Shown in pieces: positions 9,380 through 17,543 of a stretch of 64,000 bases of DNA. The notes under the pieces were generated by a model. The model had not been told where the DNA came from. It searched no databases and saw only the letters and a program-made list of their open reading frames with translations. How positions within the stretch are numbered: position 1 is the first letter of the stretch; each line of letters starts with the position of its first letter. Origin of the DNA: a virus (taxonomy: Duplodnaviria; Caudoviricetes); the IMG/VR virus record IMGVR_UViG_3300028797_000101, positions 95,305-159,304 of that record; one strand, 5' to 3'. Both the position numbers and the translations under genes were made by a program.

Positions 9380-9627
9380 AAGAGAGGAGGACGAATCTGA
9401 TGACACTTAGTGAAGAAAAAGATGATTTACTGGCGGCTTTAAGAATTGCACAGGCCGATCGGGATAAGTGGAAAGCAAGAGCGCAGAAACTTGCTGAGAT
9501 AGCTGGAATCAAGACCAGTGACATAGATGTGATAGATTCTACTTATAAAATCTATGACGAATGTATGACTTGCGAGAATAAAGATGACGTCTGTACCTGT
9601 TCCAGAATGTTTGAGAGAATGGAGTGA
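9376..9627 (+). CDS. hypothetical protein
   Basis: Coupled; coiled-coil N-terminus, Cys-rich C-terminus. Confidence 0.6.
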   Translation: MKERRTNLMTLSEEKDDLLAALRIAQADRDKWKARAQKLAEIAGIKTSDIDVIDSTYKIYDECMTCENKDDVCTCSRMFERME

Positions 9628-9812
9628 ACCTGATGAAGAACAAGGCAAGTAGCAAGCCATGCAACAGAAAGAACTGTCTGTATTACGGAATGACATTGTG
9701 TCCATACAGAATGGTATGTGAATACTCCGTTCTAAGTACATGGGCGGATAGACATCTTAAGGAGTTTGATGAGAAAGGAGATAGACGAAATGCAGATAGT
9801 GATCGATATTGA
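9624..9812 (+). CDS. hypothetical Cys-rich protein
   Basis: Overlapping start. Confidence 0.45.
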   Translation: MNLMKNKASSKPCNRKNCLYYGMTLCPYRMVCEYSVLSTWADRHLKEFDEKGDRRNADSDRY

Positions 9813-10152
9813 CGAGGATGTAAAGACTAGATTTTGTTCTGGTCTAGGAATACCTTCGGATACTTCCGCAGTTGCTGATGCATTATATAAAGGCACACCT
9901 CCACCAAGCTGGGTTCCAGTGAGTGAGAGATTGCCTTTATTAGGTCTACATAAGATATCTGAGGATGTGTTGATCACCAATGGCTTTGAATTCTTTATGG
10001 GGTATCTTGTGGAAAGGAAGGGTAAGCTCTCTTGGCGTTATTATGACTCTGGTAGTGAAGTTGAGGTAGGTAGTGTGGACGATGATGTAACTGCATGGAT
10101 GCCATTGTCATTGCCCAAGCCGTATAGAACAGAAAGCGAGGATGAAGAATGA
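9790..10152 (+). CDS. chimeric MQIVIDI module plus DUF551-like domain
   Basis: MQIVIDID...KGTP then WVPVSERLP...VTAWMPL. Confidence 0.75.
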   Translation: MQIVIDIDEDVKTRFCSGLGIPSDTSAVADALYKGTPPPSWVPVSERLPLLGLHKISEDVLITNGFEFFMGYLVERKGKLSWRYYDSGSEVEVGSVDDDVTAWMPLSLPKPYRTESEDEE

Positions 10153-10415
10153 GGTGGGTAACATTTCACTACAACGAGTTAACCGAAAAAGTATCGAAAT
10201 TAAAGGTACACGAAAATAAAGAAACGGCATTAAAGTATTTTAATAGCAATATGAGAGATTTCTTTGAAATTAACATCAATTTTAAAGCCCAGGAACTTCC
10301 CGCTACTTATGGATACGCCTTAAGAAAGTATTGCGGAATATCCGCAAGGGCATTCAAGAAAGAGTTTGGTATTAGTGTAGATGAAGCGTTAGAAACAGCA
10401 CAAGGTAGAAAGTGA
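10149..10415 (+). CDS. hypothetical protein
   Basis: ATGA coupling. Confidence 0.65.
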   Translation: MRWVTFHYNELTEKVSKLKVHENKETALKYFNSNMRDFFEININFKAQELPATYGYALRKYCGISARAFKKEFGISVDEALETAQGRK

Positions 10416-10424
10416 GGGCGCAGA

Positions 10425-10601
10425 ATGACGAGAAGTGAACACAAGTATCAAAAAGCAATCAAGATGCTCGCAGATGAATACCGGAAGTCGCAAGCGATGG
10501 TATTTGTTTACAAGCCAATGGCATACGCATTGTATCAAGTTTGGAAATGGTTTGACGAACATGAAACGCCGAGAATTGCAGAAAGTGAGGACAAGGAATG
10601 A
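10425..10601 (+). CDS. 58-aa hypothetical protein (not in ORF track)
   Basis: MTRSEHKYQKAIKML...KPMAYALYQVWK...AESEDKE, bounded by junction motifs. Confidence 0.65.
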   Translation: MTRSEHKYQKAIKMLADEYRKSQAMVFVYKPMAYALYQVWKWFDEHETPRIAESEDKE

Positions 10602-11119
10602 CAACAGTTTATTGCGATTGTTACGATTGCTACAACAATGATGACGGCAAATGCGAACTTGATGCTATATCAATGAGTGGAAGAATGACAGGCGGTGGAT
10701 GGCTTACGTTGTGTGACGATTATCAAGAAATAAATAGAGAAGATTTTGAGACACAGGAAGGAGTGACACAAATGACTAGAGATGAAATGATTGAAACATT
10801 GATTGTGTTTTGCAACTATAAGCGTCTGGGCTGTCACTACCCTGACGATTGTGCATTGTACGAGGTATGCCGTAGAAGAAACTTCCATACTATGGAAGAC
10901 GAAGAACTACAAGCAATGTATTCCATCATAAAAGCTAAGTCGGAATCTACAAGTATACAAATTGAAATTCCGGCAGGAGCAACAAATGGAGATATGATTA
11001 AGTTGCTTTTTCCTAATTGTCATTATGCTCTTGGAAGCAATCGTAGAATTGAACTTGCCGTAAACAACGGAATTTGCAGTTTCGATTATGATTGGTGGAA
11101 TGCGCCGTATGTGAAATGA
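10598..11119 (+). CDS. fusion of Cys-rich, MTRDEMI and ATNGDMIK...WWNAPY modules
   Basis: Internal RBS+ATG near 10772; distinct blocks. Confidence 0.7.
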   Translation: MTTVYCDCYDCYNNDDGKCELDAISMSGRMTGGGWLTLCDDYQEINREDFETQEGVTQMTRDEMIETLIVFCNYKRLGCHYPDDCALYEVCRRRNFHTMEDEELQAMYSIIKAKSESTSIQIEIPAGATNGDMIKLLFPNCHYALGSNRRIELAVNNGICSFDYDWWNAPYVK

Positions 11120-11133
11120 AGGGAGCGAATCGG

Positions 11134-11436
11134 ATGCAGATTGTTATTGATATTCCTGATGTACCGATACAGGACTACCAAGATTTGTACTACAAAATAC
11201 ACGGGATAGCAGCAAGCGAAGGGTTATTTGATGACAAAGAAAAATCCCAACGCGCACTTGCCTTGAAAGCTGTATTGGATGTCTTGAATGGGGTCGTGAA
11301 TGGCACGCCGCTCCCTAAAGGACATGGGGATTTAATTGACCGTGATGAATTGATAAAAGACAGAGTATCAAATGATAATACTGTAATTCTTGCAAATACA
11401 GCAAAGACAATCATTCCTGCGGAGAAGGGAGAGTAA
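11134..11436 (+). CDS. MQIVIDI/GTPLPKGHG family protein
   Basis: MQIVIDIP...NGTPLPKGHGDLIDRD...TIIPA. Confidence 0.75.
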   Translation: MQIVIDIPDVPIQDYQDLYYKIHGIAASEGLFDDKEKSQRALALKAVLDVLNGVVNGTPLPKGHGDLIDRDELIKDRVSNDNTVILANTAKTIIPAEKGE

Positions 11437-11439
11437 CTG

Positions 11440-11706
11440 ATGCAGATTGTTATTGATATTTCAAGTTACGACAAAGAATGGATAACTAATGGTCATTACA
11501 CTCCAGAAGAGATAAATATGAGAATTTCGGAAGCAATAGCAAAAGGCACACCTATTGATGAAACAGATAATTCAGTATTAGAACAGTTGAAAGATGAAAT
11601 CGAAGAAAAGGGATTCAATAGTCCTTTAATGAATCCTGTATTCACAATGACTGAGATACTAGAAATGATTGACAAGCATATAGTAAGCAATCATAGGAAA
11701 GGATAA
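11440..11706 (+). CDS. MQIVIDI module fused to VLEQLKDEI/IDKH module
   Basis: Shared blocks. Confidence 0.7.
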   Translation: MQIVIDISSYDKEWITNGHYTPEEINMRISEAIAKGTPIDETDNSVLEQLKDEIEEKGFNSPLMNPVFTMTEILEMIDKHIVSNHRKG

Positions 11707-11724
11707 TAAAAGTGAGGAATGAAT

Positions 11725-12009
11725 ATGGCAGATATAGAATTGGCTATTAAGATACCTGCGGCAATATATGAAGCATCACAGATCTTAGACGTTAAACATG
11801 AAGATACTATTCAGATTCCGCTGGAAGTTATTTCAAACGGCACACCGTTCACTAAGTGGCATGAGGACAAGGTGAAAGTTCTGGAGAAGATAAGATCCGA
11901 ACTCTGGATGGAAGGAATGAACCTGACGGGAGAGTATCAAGGTATTTGGGTGCGATTTAGAGACATTGAACGCATCATCAACAAGCACATAGCAGAAAGC
12001 GAGAAATAA
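11725..12009 (+). CDS. MADIEL module fused to HEDK.KVLEKI/INKHIAESE module
   Basis: Shared blocks. Confidence 0.7.
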   Translation: MADIELAIKIPAAIYEASQILDVKHEDTIQIPLEVISNGTPFTKWHEDKVKVLEKIRSELWMEGMNLTGEYQGIWVRFRDIERIINKHIAESEK

Positions 12010-12296
12010 TGATGATGTTTGAATTAGGAAATCAGTACATAGTAGATGTAACCGAAAAGGGAATAATTCCGGTTGCAAAGTTTGACTGTGAGAGATACTT
12101 CGACAGAGATACCGATGACCTAGAGTTTCTCACAGATGAGGAAAAGTCTGTAGTAATCAAGCAAGTTCTAGTTGCGATTCGTGAAGAATTGACGAGCGAA
12201 ACGAAGTATCGTCCTGAATTTGCCTTCAGCAGCGCACTATCTCGTGCGCTTGACATCATTGATAAATACATTGCAGAAAGCGAGATGAATTCATGA
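12009..12296 (+). CDS. modular hypothetical protein
   Basis: Ends IIDKYIAESE. Confidence 0.7.
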   Translation: MMMFELGNQYIVDVTEKGIIPVAKFDCERYFDRDTDDLEFLTDEEKSVVIKQVLVAIREELTSETKYRPEFAFSSALSRALDIIDKYIAESEMNS

Positions 12297-12817
12297 AAGT
12301 ACAAGAAATACCTGTAAATATAAGATGTTTAGAGTATACCCAGGACAAATCAGACAGCGATTATGGTTCATGTTTATATGCAAGATTCTATTTCAATCTT
12401 GAAAAGTATGAACTGAATATCATATCTGATTGCGGAGACTATTCATATAAGTGGATGGCTACACCTGAGCATGAATCATTCCTTGAACTTCTAGCAAGGA
12501 TAAACAGCGATTACCTTATCCGGAAGCTATGCGGAAGTCCTCGTACATTCAATTATGAAAAGACAAAGGAGAATTTCTACAAATACGCAGATGAGGAAGA
12601 AAAGAACAAGTTAGACACAATCTTTGAATATATGAATACGCCCAGCAGCGGAGATGCTTTCCTTGAAATGCTTGAAAATTATTCACTTGACTTTAGCGAA
12701 CCTTGGGAGTGCCTTGAATATGAATACAACTTCCAGCAAAGACGGATCGTTAATATATTTGAGCAACATATTCAACCGGCAATAAAAGAGATGCTTAAGT
12801 CACAAGGCAAACAGTAG
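12293..12817 (+). CDS. hypothetical protein
   Basis: 174-aa ORF, coupled start; LNIISDCGDYSYKW block. Confidence 0.7.
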   Translation: MKVQEIPVNIRCLEYTQDKSDSDYGSCLYARFYFNLEKYELNIISDCGDYSYKWMATPEHESFLELLARINSDYLIRKLCGSPRTFNYEKTKENFYKYADEEEKNKLDTIFEYMNTPSSGDAFLEMLENYSLDFSEPWECLEYEYNFQQRRIVNIFEQHIQPAIKEMLKSQGKQ

Positions 12818-12844
12818 TGGTGAAATACACAGAAAGGATAAACA

Positions 12845-13042
12845 ATGAATAAGATCATCTGTCCCAAATGCGGAGAAAGAGAAATGTATGGAATTCTTGA
12901 AAGATGCCATCAAACTTTAGTGTTTGACGCAGATGGAAATCCTTGTGGTGCAACAGAACTCATAGGTGATGGATGTGGAATCCCTAGATGTTTGAAGTGT
13001 AACAGCAAAATAAAAATAGTAGATGGGAGTCAAGACACATGA
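12845..13042 (+). CDS. zinc-ribbon protein
   Basis: CPKCG...CLKC. Confidence 0.65.
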   Translation: MNKIICPKCGEREMYGILERCHQTLVFDADGNPCGATELIGDGCGIPRCLKCNSKIKIVDGSQDT

Positions 13043-13320
13043 ACGAAGAGGAAGCGATTGAAATATTCCGAAAATTCTGCGAGTTAGGCAAAGATATATC
13101 ATATATTGAGGATGTTGTGCCATGGGCTCTGGAACAAACGCTTGCTCTAAGCAGAAAAGGGACAGTCAATAGACGAAACGAAAACCATTCTGAGATGGTC
13201 AGAGAATGGAAACAAAAACATCCAAAGGGTAGGAAGATCGAATGTTCACGAGACCTCAGAATATCAAGACCCACAATTGATAAATATTGGGATCTGTATG
13301 ATGTGTACCAGAACATGTGA
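13039..13320 (+). CDS. small protein with C-terminal helix-turn-helix
   Basis: W...HPKGRKIECSRDLRISRPTIDKYW resembles an HTH. Confidence 0.6.
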   Translation: MNEEEAIEIFRKFCELGKDISYIEDVVPWALEQTLALSRKGTVNRRNENHSEMVREWKQKHPKGRKIECSRDLRISRPTIDKYWDLYDVYQNM

Positions 13321-13338
13321 CAGAGGAGGAAGGGTCTA

Positions 13339-13521
13339 ATGGATGACGAAATCAAAGTAACTATCTACATACCTAGGAAGACAATCAGAGAGCGCGGCAT
13401 GGATGGTTGCACTGTTGATTTAAGTTTTTGCGACGGAAAATTATGTCAAGCTATTAAGGTGGACGGAACAAGCGAAAAATCGTTGTATTTTGATGATGGT
13501 GAAGAGGAAGATGTCAAATGA
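13339..13521 (+). CDS. hypothetical protein
   Basis: RBS GAGGAG. Confidence 0.55.
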   Translation: MDDEIKVTIYIPRKTIRERGMDGCTVDLSFCDGKLCQAIKVDGTSEKSLYFDDGEEEDVK

Positions 13522-13694
13522 ATAAGTGACCAGTAGATAGAACTAAGAAATCTAACATCAAATGCGAGCATTGTTTTTACGCAGATGCAAACAAATGTTC
13601 AAGGTACTGGTGTGTACTGCACCAGAAAGAGAAGAACTATTGGAACAGGTGTAAGGATTTCATGTGGGGAGAAGAGGAGATCGAGAAGCAATGA
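13518..13694 (+). pseudogene. Cys-rich hypothetical gene with in-frame TGA at codon 4
   Basis: ATG AAT AAG TGA CCA GTA GAT AGA...KSNIKCEHC...KNYWNRCKDFMW; ATGA-coupled at both ends. Confidence 0.6.
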
Positions 13695-13996
13695 CAATAC
13701 CTAAAGAGATAGTCGATAAGATGAAACAGGTCAATTCTCTTATGGGAGAGATAGACAAGTGGCTAGACGAAAACATTGAGCTTGAGGGCTCCAAACATGA
13801 CTACAGACAGTGGATGGCAGGAGATTATGCGCATTCAGATTGGTATCAGTTTACGGACGAGGCGCGTGGTGACGAACAGAATGACGGCGAGTATTGCAAC
13901 CAGTGGTCTGTAGACGACAGCGGCGACAGTTTTGAAGGATATTACTACTATCCCACAGAGACTGGCGAATATTTCTACTTCCAATATTGGTTGTGA
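13691..13996 (+). CDS. acidic hypothetical protein
   Basis: MTIPKEIVDKM...DGEYCNQ...GYYYYP. Confidence 0.7.
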   Translation: MTIPKEIVDKMKQVNSLMGEIDKWLDENIELEGSKHDYRQWMAGDYAHSDWYQFTDEARGDEQNDGEYCNQWSVDDSGDSFEGYYYYPTETGEYFYFQYWL

Positions 13997-14021
13997 TCTG
14001 CAGAAAAGTGAGGTATGGACG

Positions 14022-14369
14022 ATGGCAGAAATAACAGTTGATAAGGCAGGGCTCTTAGAAGAACCTTGCCTATCTTGCAATAAAGCATATGTTGAAGACA
14101 TCTGGTATGAATGGTGTTGTGATGAAAAAGAATGCCCATACAAGATAGAAAACAAGCCACAAGAATGGAGAGGAAGCATGAGTAAAGTATCTTTTGAGAT
14201 TGAGGATGATGCTGTGATCAAGCATACGCCTATGCCAGAAATAGGAGAAGGCATCTATAAAAGTGAAGTTGTAATCACTAAGGAGATCTTTCAGAAGTGC
14301 TACAAGCAGTGGATTGCGCCACAGGAGGAGAGAGTAAGGAAGGAGAGACTGTGGAATGCAGATAAATAA
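14022..14369 (+). CDS. in-frame fusion of two small modules
   Basis: Start after junction motif; internal RBS+ATG at 14178 (MSKVSFEI). Confidence 0.6.
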   Translation: MAEITVDKAGLLEEPCLSCNKAYVEDIWYEWCCDEKECPYKIENKPQEWRGSMSKVSFEIEDDAVIKHTPMPEIGEGIYKSEVVITKEIFQKCYKQWIAPQEERVRKERLWNADK

Positions 14370-14550
14370 AGCGATGCTTGAAAGAGAAGCATATAGACTC
14401 ATAAGAATAGAAGCCAGAAGATTTGACAGAACCACAACGGATAGTGAGTTAGGTAATTACGTTCGTGGTGTAGTCGATTTACAGACACAACTGTATGGCG
14501 AACTTAACAAAGTAGAAAGTGAGGAAGCAGTGCGAGAGGATAAGAAATGA
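14356..14550 (+). CDS. hypothetical protein
   Basis: RBS; VESEE near the end. Confidence 0.6.
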   Translation: MQINKAMLEREAYRLIRIEARRFDRTTTDSELGNYVRGVVDLQTQLYGELNKVESEEAVREDKK

Positions 14551-14595
14551 TGCACTGACGTATGCAACAACAAATTATATAGAAGGAGAATAAGC

Positions 14596-14886
14596 ATGGG
14601 AGTTACTTTGTATTATGGCTACTATTCAAAGGAATGTAATCACCCAAAGGTGTTACCTTATCTTAGCAGAGAAGATTGTGATGATTGTAGCGGAAAACTT
14701 GACATTAGCTTCTATGATATGTGTAGAACATTTGCAGAGTATCATGAAGATGCAGCGTGTTGGGTGTTTTCTGATGTGCTAGATCTATTCAACTTTGCAA
14801 GCAACGAAGCAGTTCCTGCGTGTCTCGCTACTTATATAACAGAACATCATGAGGACGACTTGATATTTATAATTTGGAAGCGATAG
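14596..14886 (+). CDS. hypothetical protein
   Basis: AAGGAG RBS. Confidence 0.65.
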   Translation: MGVTLYYGYYSKECNHPKVLPYLSREDCDDCSGKLDISFYDMCRTFAEYHEDAACWVFSDVLDLFNFASNEAVPACLATYITEHHEDDLIFIIWKR

Positions 14887-14899
14887 GAGGAAACAAGTA

Positions 14900-15229
14900 A
14901 TGAGAGTTGAAGAAATGGCGTTAAGAAGTGAAATACGGCAGATGCTCAATGAAGCCGGTTTCAATAAAAATACTTTGAAAGATCTCGTAAAGGCTGTGCT
15001 GAAAGAAGAGTTAAACAAGGCCATAAAACAAGCAATCGCAGAAACTAATTGCGATATAATGGAATACACGAAGAAGAATATCGACTATATTATAAACAAG
15101 GCTGCGGAAAAAGTGGTTAGAGAAAAGATCACTGATACTATAGTAGGTAACTACTTCAAGCGAATGAAAGTAGATGTAAATATCGATCCCATAATGTCAT
15201 ACAAGGGCGACAGTACGGACAAGGAATGA
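14900..15229 (+). CDS. hypothetical helical protein
   Basis: GGAGG RBS. Confidence 0.7.
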   Translation: MRVEEMALRSEIRQMLNEAGFNKNTLKDLVKAVLKEELNKAIKQAIAETNCDIMEYTKKNIDYIINKAAEKVVREKITDTIVGNYFKRMKVDVNIDPIMSYKGDSTDKE

Positions 15230-15283
15230 CAGATCCTATATGACAGGGAAATATTTAGCATATAAAGGCGAGGTTGATGTAGA

Positions 15284-15598
15284 ATGTTGATACTGCCAAT
15301 CAAGAAAAAGTGGTTTGACATGATCTTATCAGGTGAGAAGAAAGAGGAGTATCGGGAGATCAAGCCATACTACGACACTCGGTTCAAAAACATTTGGAGT
15401 TATCCTGCATATTTTAGCGAGACACACATGATAAGATTCCGCAATGGATATGATCACACTTCACCATCGTTTGTTGCGAAAGTAAGTCTTAGAATAGGAA
15501 CAGGCAAAACTGAATGGGGTGCAGAATCCGGAAAGCAGTATTACGTGTTGTGCATACACAATGTATGCAAGGAGGATAAGAATGCAAGTAGTGATTGA
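15284..15598 (+). CDS. ASCH-domain protein
   Basis: LPIKKKWFDMILSGEKKEEYRE...FRNGY...EWGA. Confidence 0.8.
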   Translation: MLILPIKKKWFDMILSGEKKEEYREIKPYYDTRFKNIWSYPAYFSETHMIRFRNGYDHTSPSFVAKVSLRIGTGKTEWGAESGKQYYVLCIHNVCKEDKNASSD

Positions 15599-15857
15599 GA
15601 TTGACGACTATCTATACAATCAGATCTTTTCTGACGCAGAAATCATGATATACACAGGCAGAGGATGCGGGAAAACCTTGCTAGCCACACTACTAAGAAG
15701 CACACGAACAGGCACGACGCTCCCTAAAGGGCACGGAAGATTGATTGATGCGGATGCTTACAGAAAAGAAATGTTAGATAGTAGAGAGTTTGATTTCTTC
15801 AAACGACTTGATATGCAACCAACAATCATTCCGGCAGATAAGGAAGGAGAAGACTAA
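15582..15857 (+). CDS. MQIVIDI/GTPLPKGHG family protein
   Basis: MQVVIEID...GTTLPKGHGRLIDAD...PTIIPAD. Confidence 0.75.
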   Translation: MQVVIEIDDYLYNQIFSDAEIMIYTGRGCGKTLLATLLRSTRTGTTLPKGHGRLIDADAYRKEMLDSREFDFFKRLDMQPTIIPADKEGED

Positions 15858-15859
15858 GA

Positions 15860-16147
15860 ATGGCAGATATAGAATTAGTAATTAAAATACCTGAGGATTC
15901 TTACAAAGCTACTTGTAACGGGTTCATGTTACCTCCCGATGTTGAGAACGTAGTGCAAGGGATCAAGCATGGTACACCACTACCGAGATGGCATGGTGAT
16001 CTGATTGACCGGGACTATCTAGCTGTAACACCTATCGATGCTACCGATTTACCTGCGGACAAATGCTTGATGGTTTATTGTTCGGAAGAAGTAGACGATG
16101 CTCCAGTAATCCTTCCGGCAGAAAGGAGAGTGATTGTAAATGACTGA
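15860..16147 (+). CDS. MADIEL/GTPLP family protein
   Basis: MADIELVIKIP...HGTPLPRWHGDLIDRD...PVILPA. Confidence 0.75.
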   Translation: MADIELVIKIPEDSYKATCNGFMLPPDVENVVQGIKHGTPLPRWHGDLIDRDYLAVTPIDATDLPADKCLMVYCSEEVDDAPVILPAERRVIVND

Positions 16148-16352
16148 GAAAGAAGCAATAGAATATCTTAAACGTGCTGATATAACAGTGGGGCAAAAGA
16201 TAAAAACAAAGACAGCAGAAGCACTTGAAATGGCGATCCATGCTGTGGAAACAATTGAAAAATTGAAGAGGATGATTGATATGTACTCGCAGCAGGGTCA
16301 TGCGCCAACCCGAACAATATCAATGGAGAATTTGAAGGATATGCTTGAATGA
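16140..16352 (+). CDS. hypothetical protein
   Basis: MTEKEAIEYL...EALEMAI. Confidence 0.65.
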   Translation: MTEKEAIEYLKRADITVGQKIKTKTAEALEMAIHAVETIEKLKRMIDMYSQQGHAPTRTISMENLKDMLE

Positions 16353-16690
16353 ACGCCAGACAAAAGTGCAAGAAACTAAAGCAAAGAAACCAATTGCTCA
16401 TGAATGTTGTAACTGCAAATCCTGACTTCCTTAAAGTTTTTAATTACTGGGTCAATAAATCGTTTAAGGGTGTAAACTCACAGGTACGTTTACACACATA
16501 CGCAGCTACTTATCCTATTGATTCTATATATGGCAATAAAGCAAAAGAATTTGCTGAAGACCAAATAGTTGAAGAATTGTCTTACGCTATTAGAGATAAC
16601 ATAGAATGGAGAGTTGAGGATCATGACCCGTATCATATAGAACTTGAAGGCAGGATAATGATTGTAGAGAAAGCGACGGTGATCAAATGA
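16349..16690 (+). CDS. hypothetical protein
   Basis: MNARQKCKKLK; coupled. Confidence 0.65.
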   Translation: MNARQKCKKLKQRNQLLMNVVTANPDFLKVFNYWVNKSFKGVNSQVRLHTYAATYPIDSIYGNKAKEFAEDQIVEELSYAIRDNIEWRVEDHDPYHIELEGRIMIVEKATVIK

Positions 16691-16884
16691 CGGACAGCGG
16701 TTATGTACTGAAGACAAAAGATGGGCTGTATTACTGCGGCATGAACATATTTGACAAGCAACTTAGGATGGCAAAGATTTATCATAGCAAGAGATATGCG
16801 GAAGATGCCAAGGAAACGATGGAACAAATGAAAGGCTATCACATTTGTCTTGTTCATGTTGAGATTATGGAGAAGGAAGGTTGA
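16687..16884 (+). CDS. hypothetical protein
   Basis: Coupled; ends CLVHVEIMEKEG. Confidence 0.6.
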   Translation: MTDSGYVLKTKDGLYYCGMNIFDKQLRMAKIYHSKRYAEDAKETMEQMKGYHICLVHVEIMEKEG

Positions 16885-17530
16885 GTGAATTATGAAAGAG
16901 AAAATAATTGCTTGGCTTGACAGAAGATTTGAAAACATGAAAGATTCGACATTGTATGATGATGATGGAAATCGAATTTGCTGGGATATATCCGCTAGAG
17001 AAGAACTTCATGTGTCACATATTGAGAAGATTGTGGAGATTCTAAACGCTGACGTAACAGTCGTGCCTTTTCGTGGCGGGAGTTATGCGAATAAGACATA
17101 TTACATGTATACGGCGTATTTCAGGTATCGCGGTTTTAAGGTTTTTGAAATTGACAACGGTGCTATGGTGACGAAGTTAAAGAGTTTGGAATCTGATGGC
17201 AAAATAACATTAACATTTAAGGAGAGTGAATACGAAGATGCAGATTGTGATTGAGATTGATGATAACCTTTATACACGACTTTTTGATAATGGCGTAGAT
17301 AACTATGATGACGCTGTGGACATGGCAAAAGCGATCCGCAAAGGCACGCCACTCCCGAAGGGGCATGGGCGGTTAGTAGACATCAAAGAGATATTGGACG
17401 CATATGAAAATGCGTACAAAGGTACACGATTAGGTGATTTGGAGGCATTTCTGAGTGACTACGTGCAGACCGTTGTTCCTGCGGATTTAGTCAACGATTG
17501 TCTTGTTCATGTTGAGATTATGGAGAAGGA
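16845..17530 (+). repeat. exact 33-bp direct repeat (16845-16877 and 17498-17530)
   Basis: TTGTCTTGTTCATGTTGAGATTATGGAGAAGGA is present twice, 653 bp apart. Confidence 0.9.
16892..17254 (+). CDS. hypothetical protein
   Basis: RBS within the repeat copy. Confidence 0.65.
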   Translation: MKEKIIAWLDRRFENMKDSTLYDDDGNRICWDISAREELHVSHIEKIVEILNADVTVVPFRGGSYANKTYYMYTAYFRYRGFKVFEIDNGAMVTKLKSLESDGKITLTFKESEYEDADCD

Positions 17531-17543
17531 GGACGCAGAATGA
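17238..17543 (+). CDS. MQIVIEI/GTPLPKGHG family protein with duplicated C-terminal tail
   Basis: GTPLPKGHGRLVD...TVVPAD then CLVHVEIMEKE. Confidence 0.75.
   Translation: MQIVIEIDDNLYTRLFDNGVDNYDDAVDMAKAIRKGTPLPKGHGRLVDIKEILDAYENAYKGTRLGDLEAFLSDYVQTVVPADLVNDCLVHVEIMEKEDAE

Larger units (their letters stand above)
2164..14525 (+). repeat. dispersed gene-junction motif (GCA)GAAAGYGAG(GA), about 24 copies
   Basis: Copies near 2164, 4834, 5111, 5331, 6018, 6295, 6588, 6770, 6962, 7231, 7386, 7799, 8040, 8231, 8425, 9021, 10129, 10405, 10578, 11709, 11992, 12273, 14000, 14512, nearly all shortly before an ATG. Confidence 0.85.

Noticed and set aside
10435-10641. 68-aa ORF from the track
   Set aside because: The alternative frame 10425..10601 has the RBS, the ATGA coupling to the next gene and the AESEDKE ending.
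13527-13529. Stop-codon reassignment (TGA read as sense)
   Set aside because: TGA, TAG and TAA all end many genes cleanly and long core genes are intact in code 11; a single case fits a point mutation.
2164-14525. Classical integron with attC sites
   Set aside because: The junction motif is short and non-palindromic, with no GTTRRRY-bounded hairpins and no tyrosine recombinase in the window.
15655-15680. Walker A-like GRGCGKT in a 91-aa ORF
   Set aside because: The protein is too short for an NTPase fold, has no Walker B, and the motif lies in the variable part of a modular family.
16845-17530. Diversity-generating retroelement TR/VR pair, or IS target duplication
   Set aside because: The copies are identical with no adenine-specific mismatches and only 33 bp long; no RT or transposase is visible.
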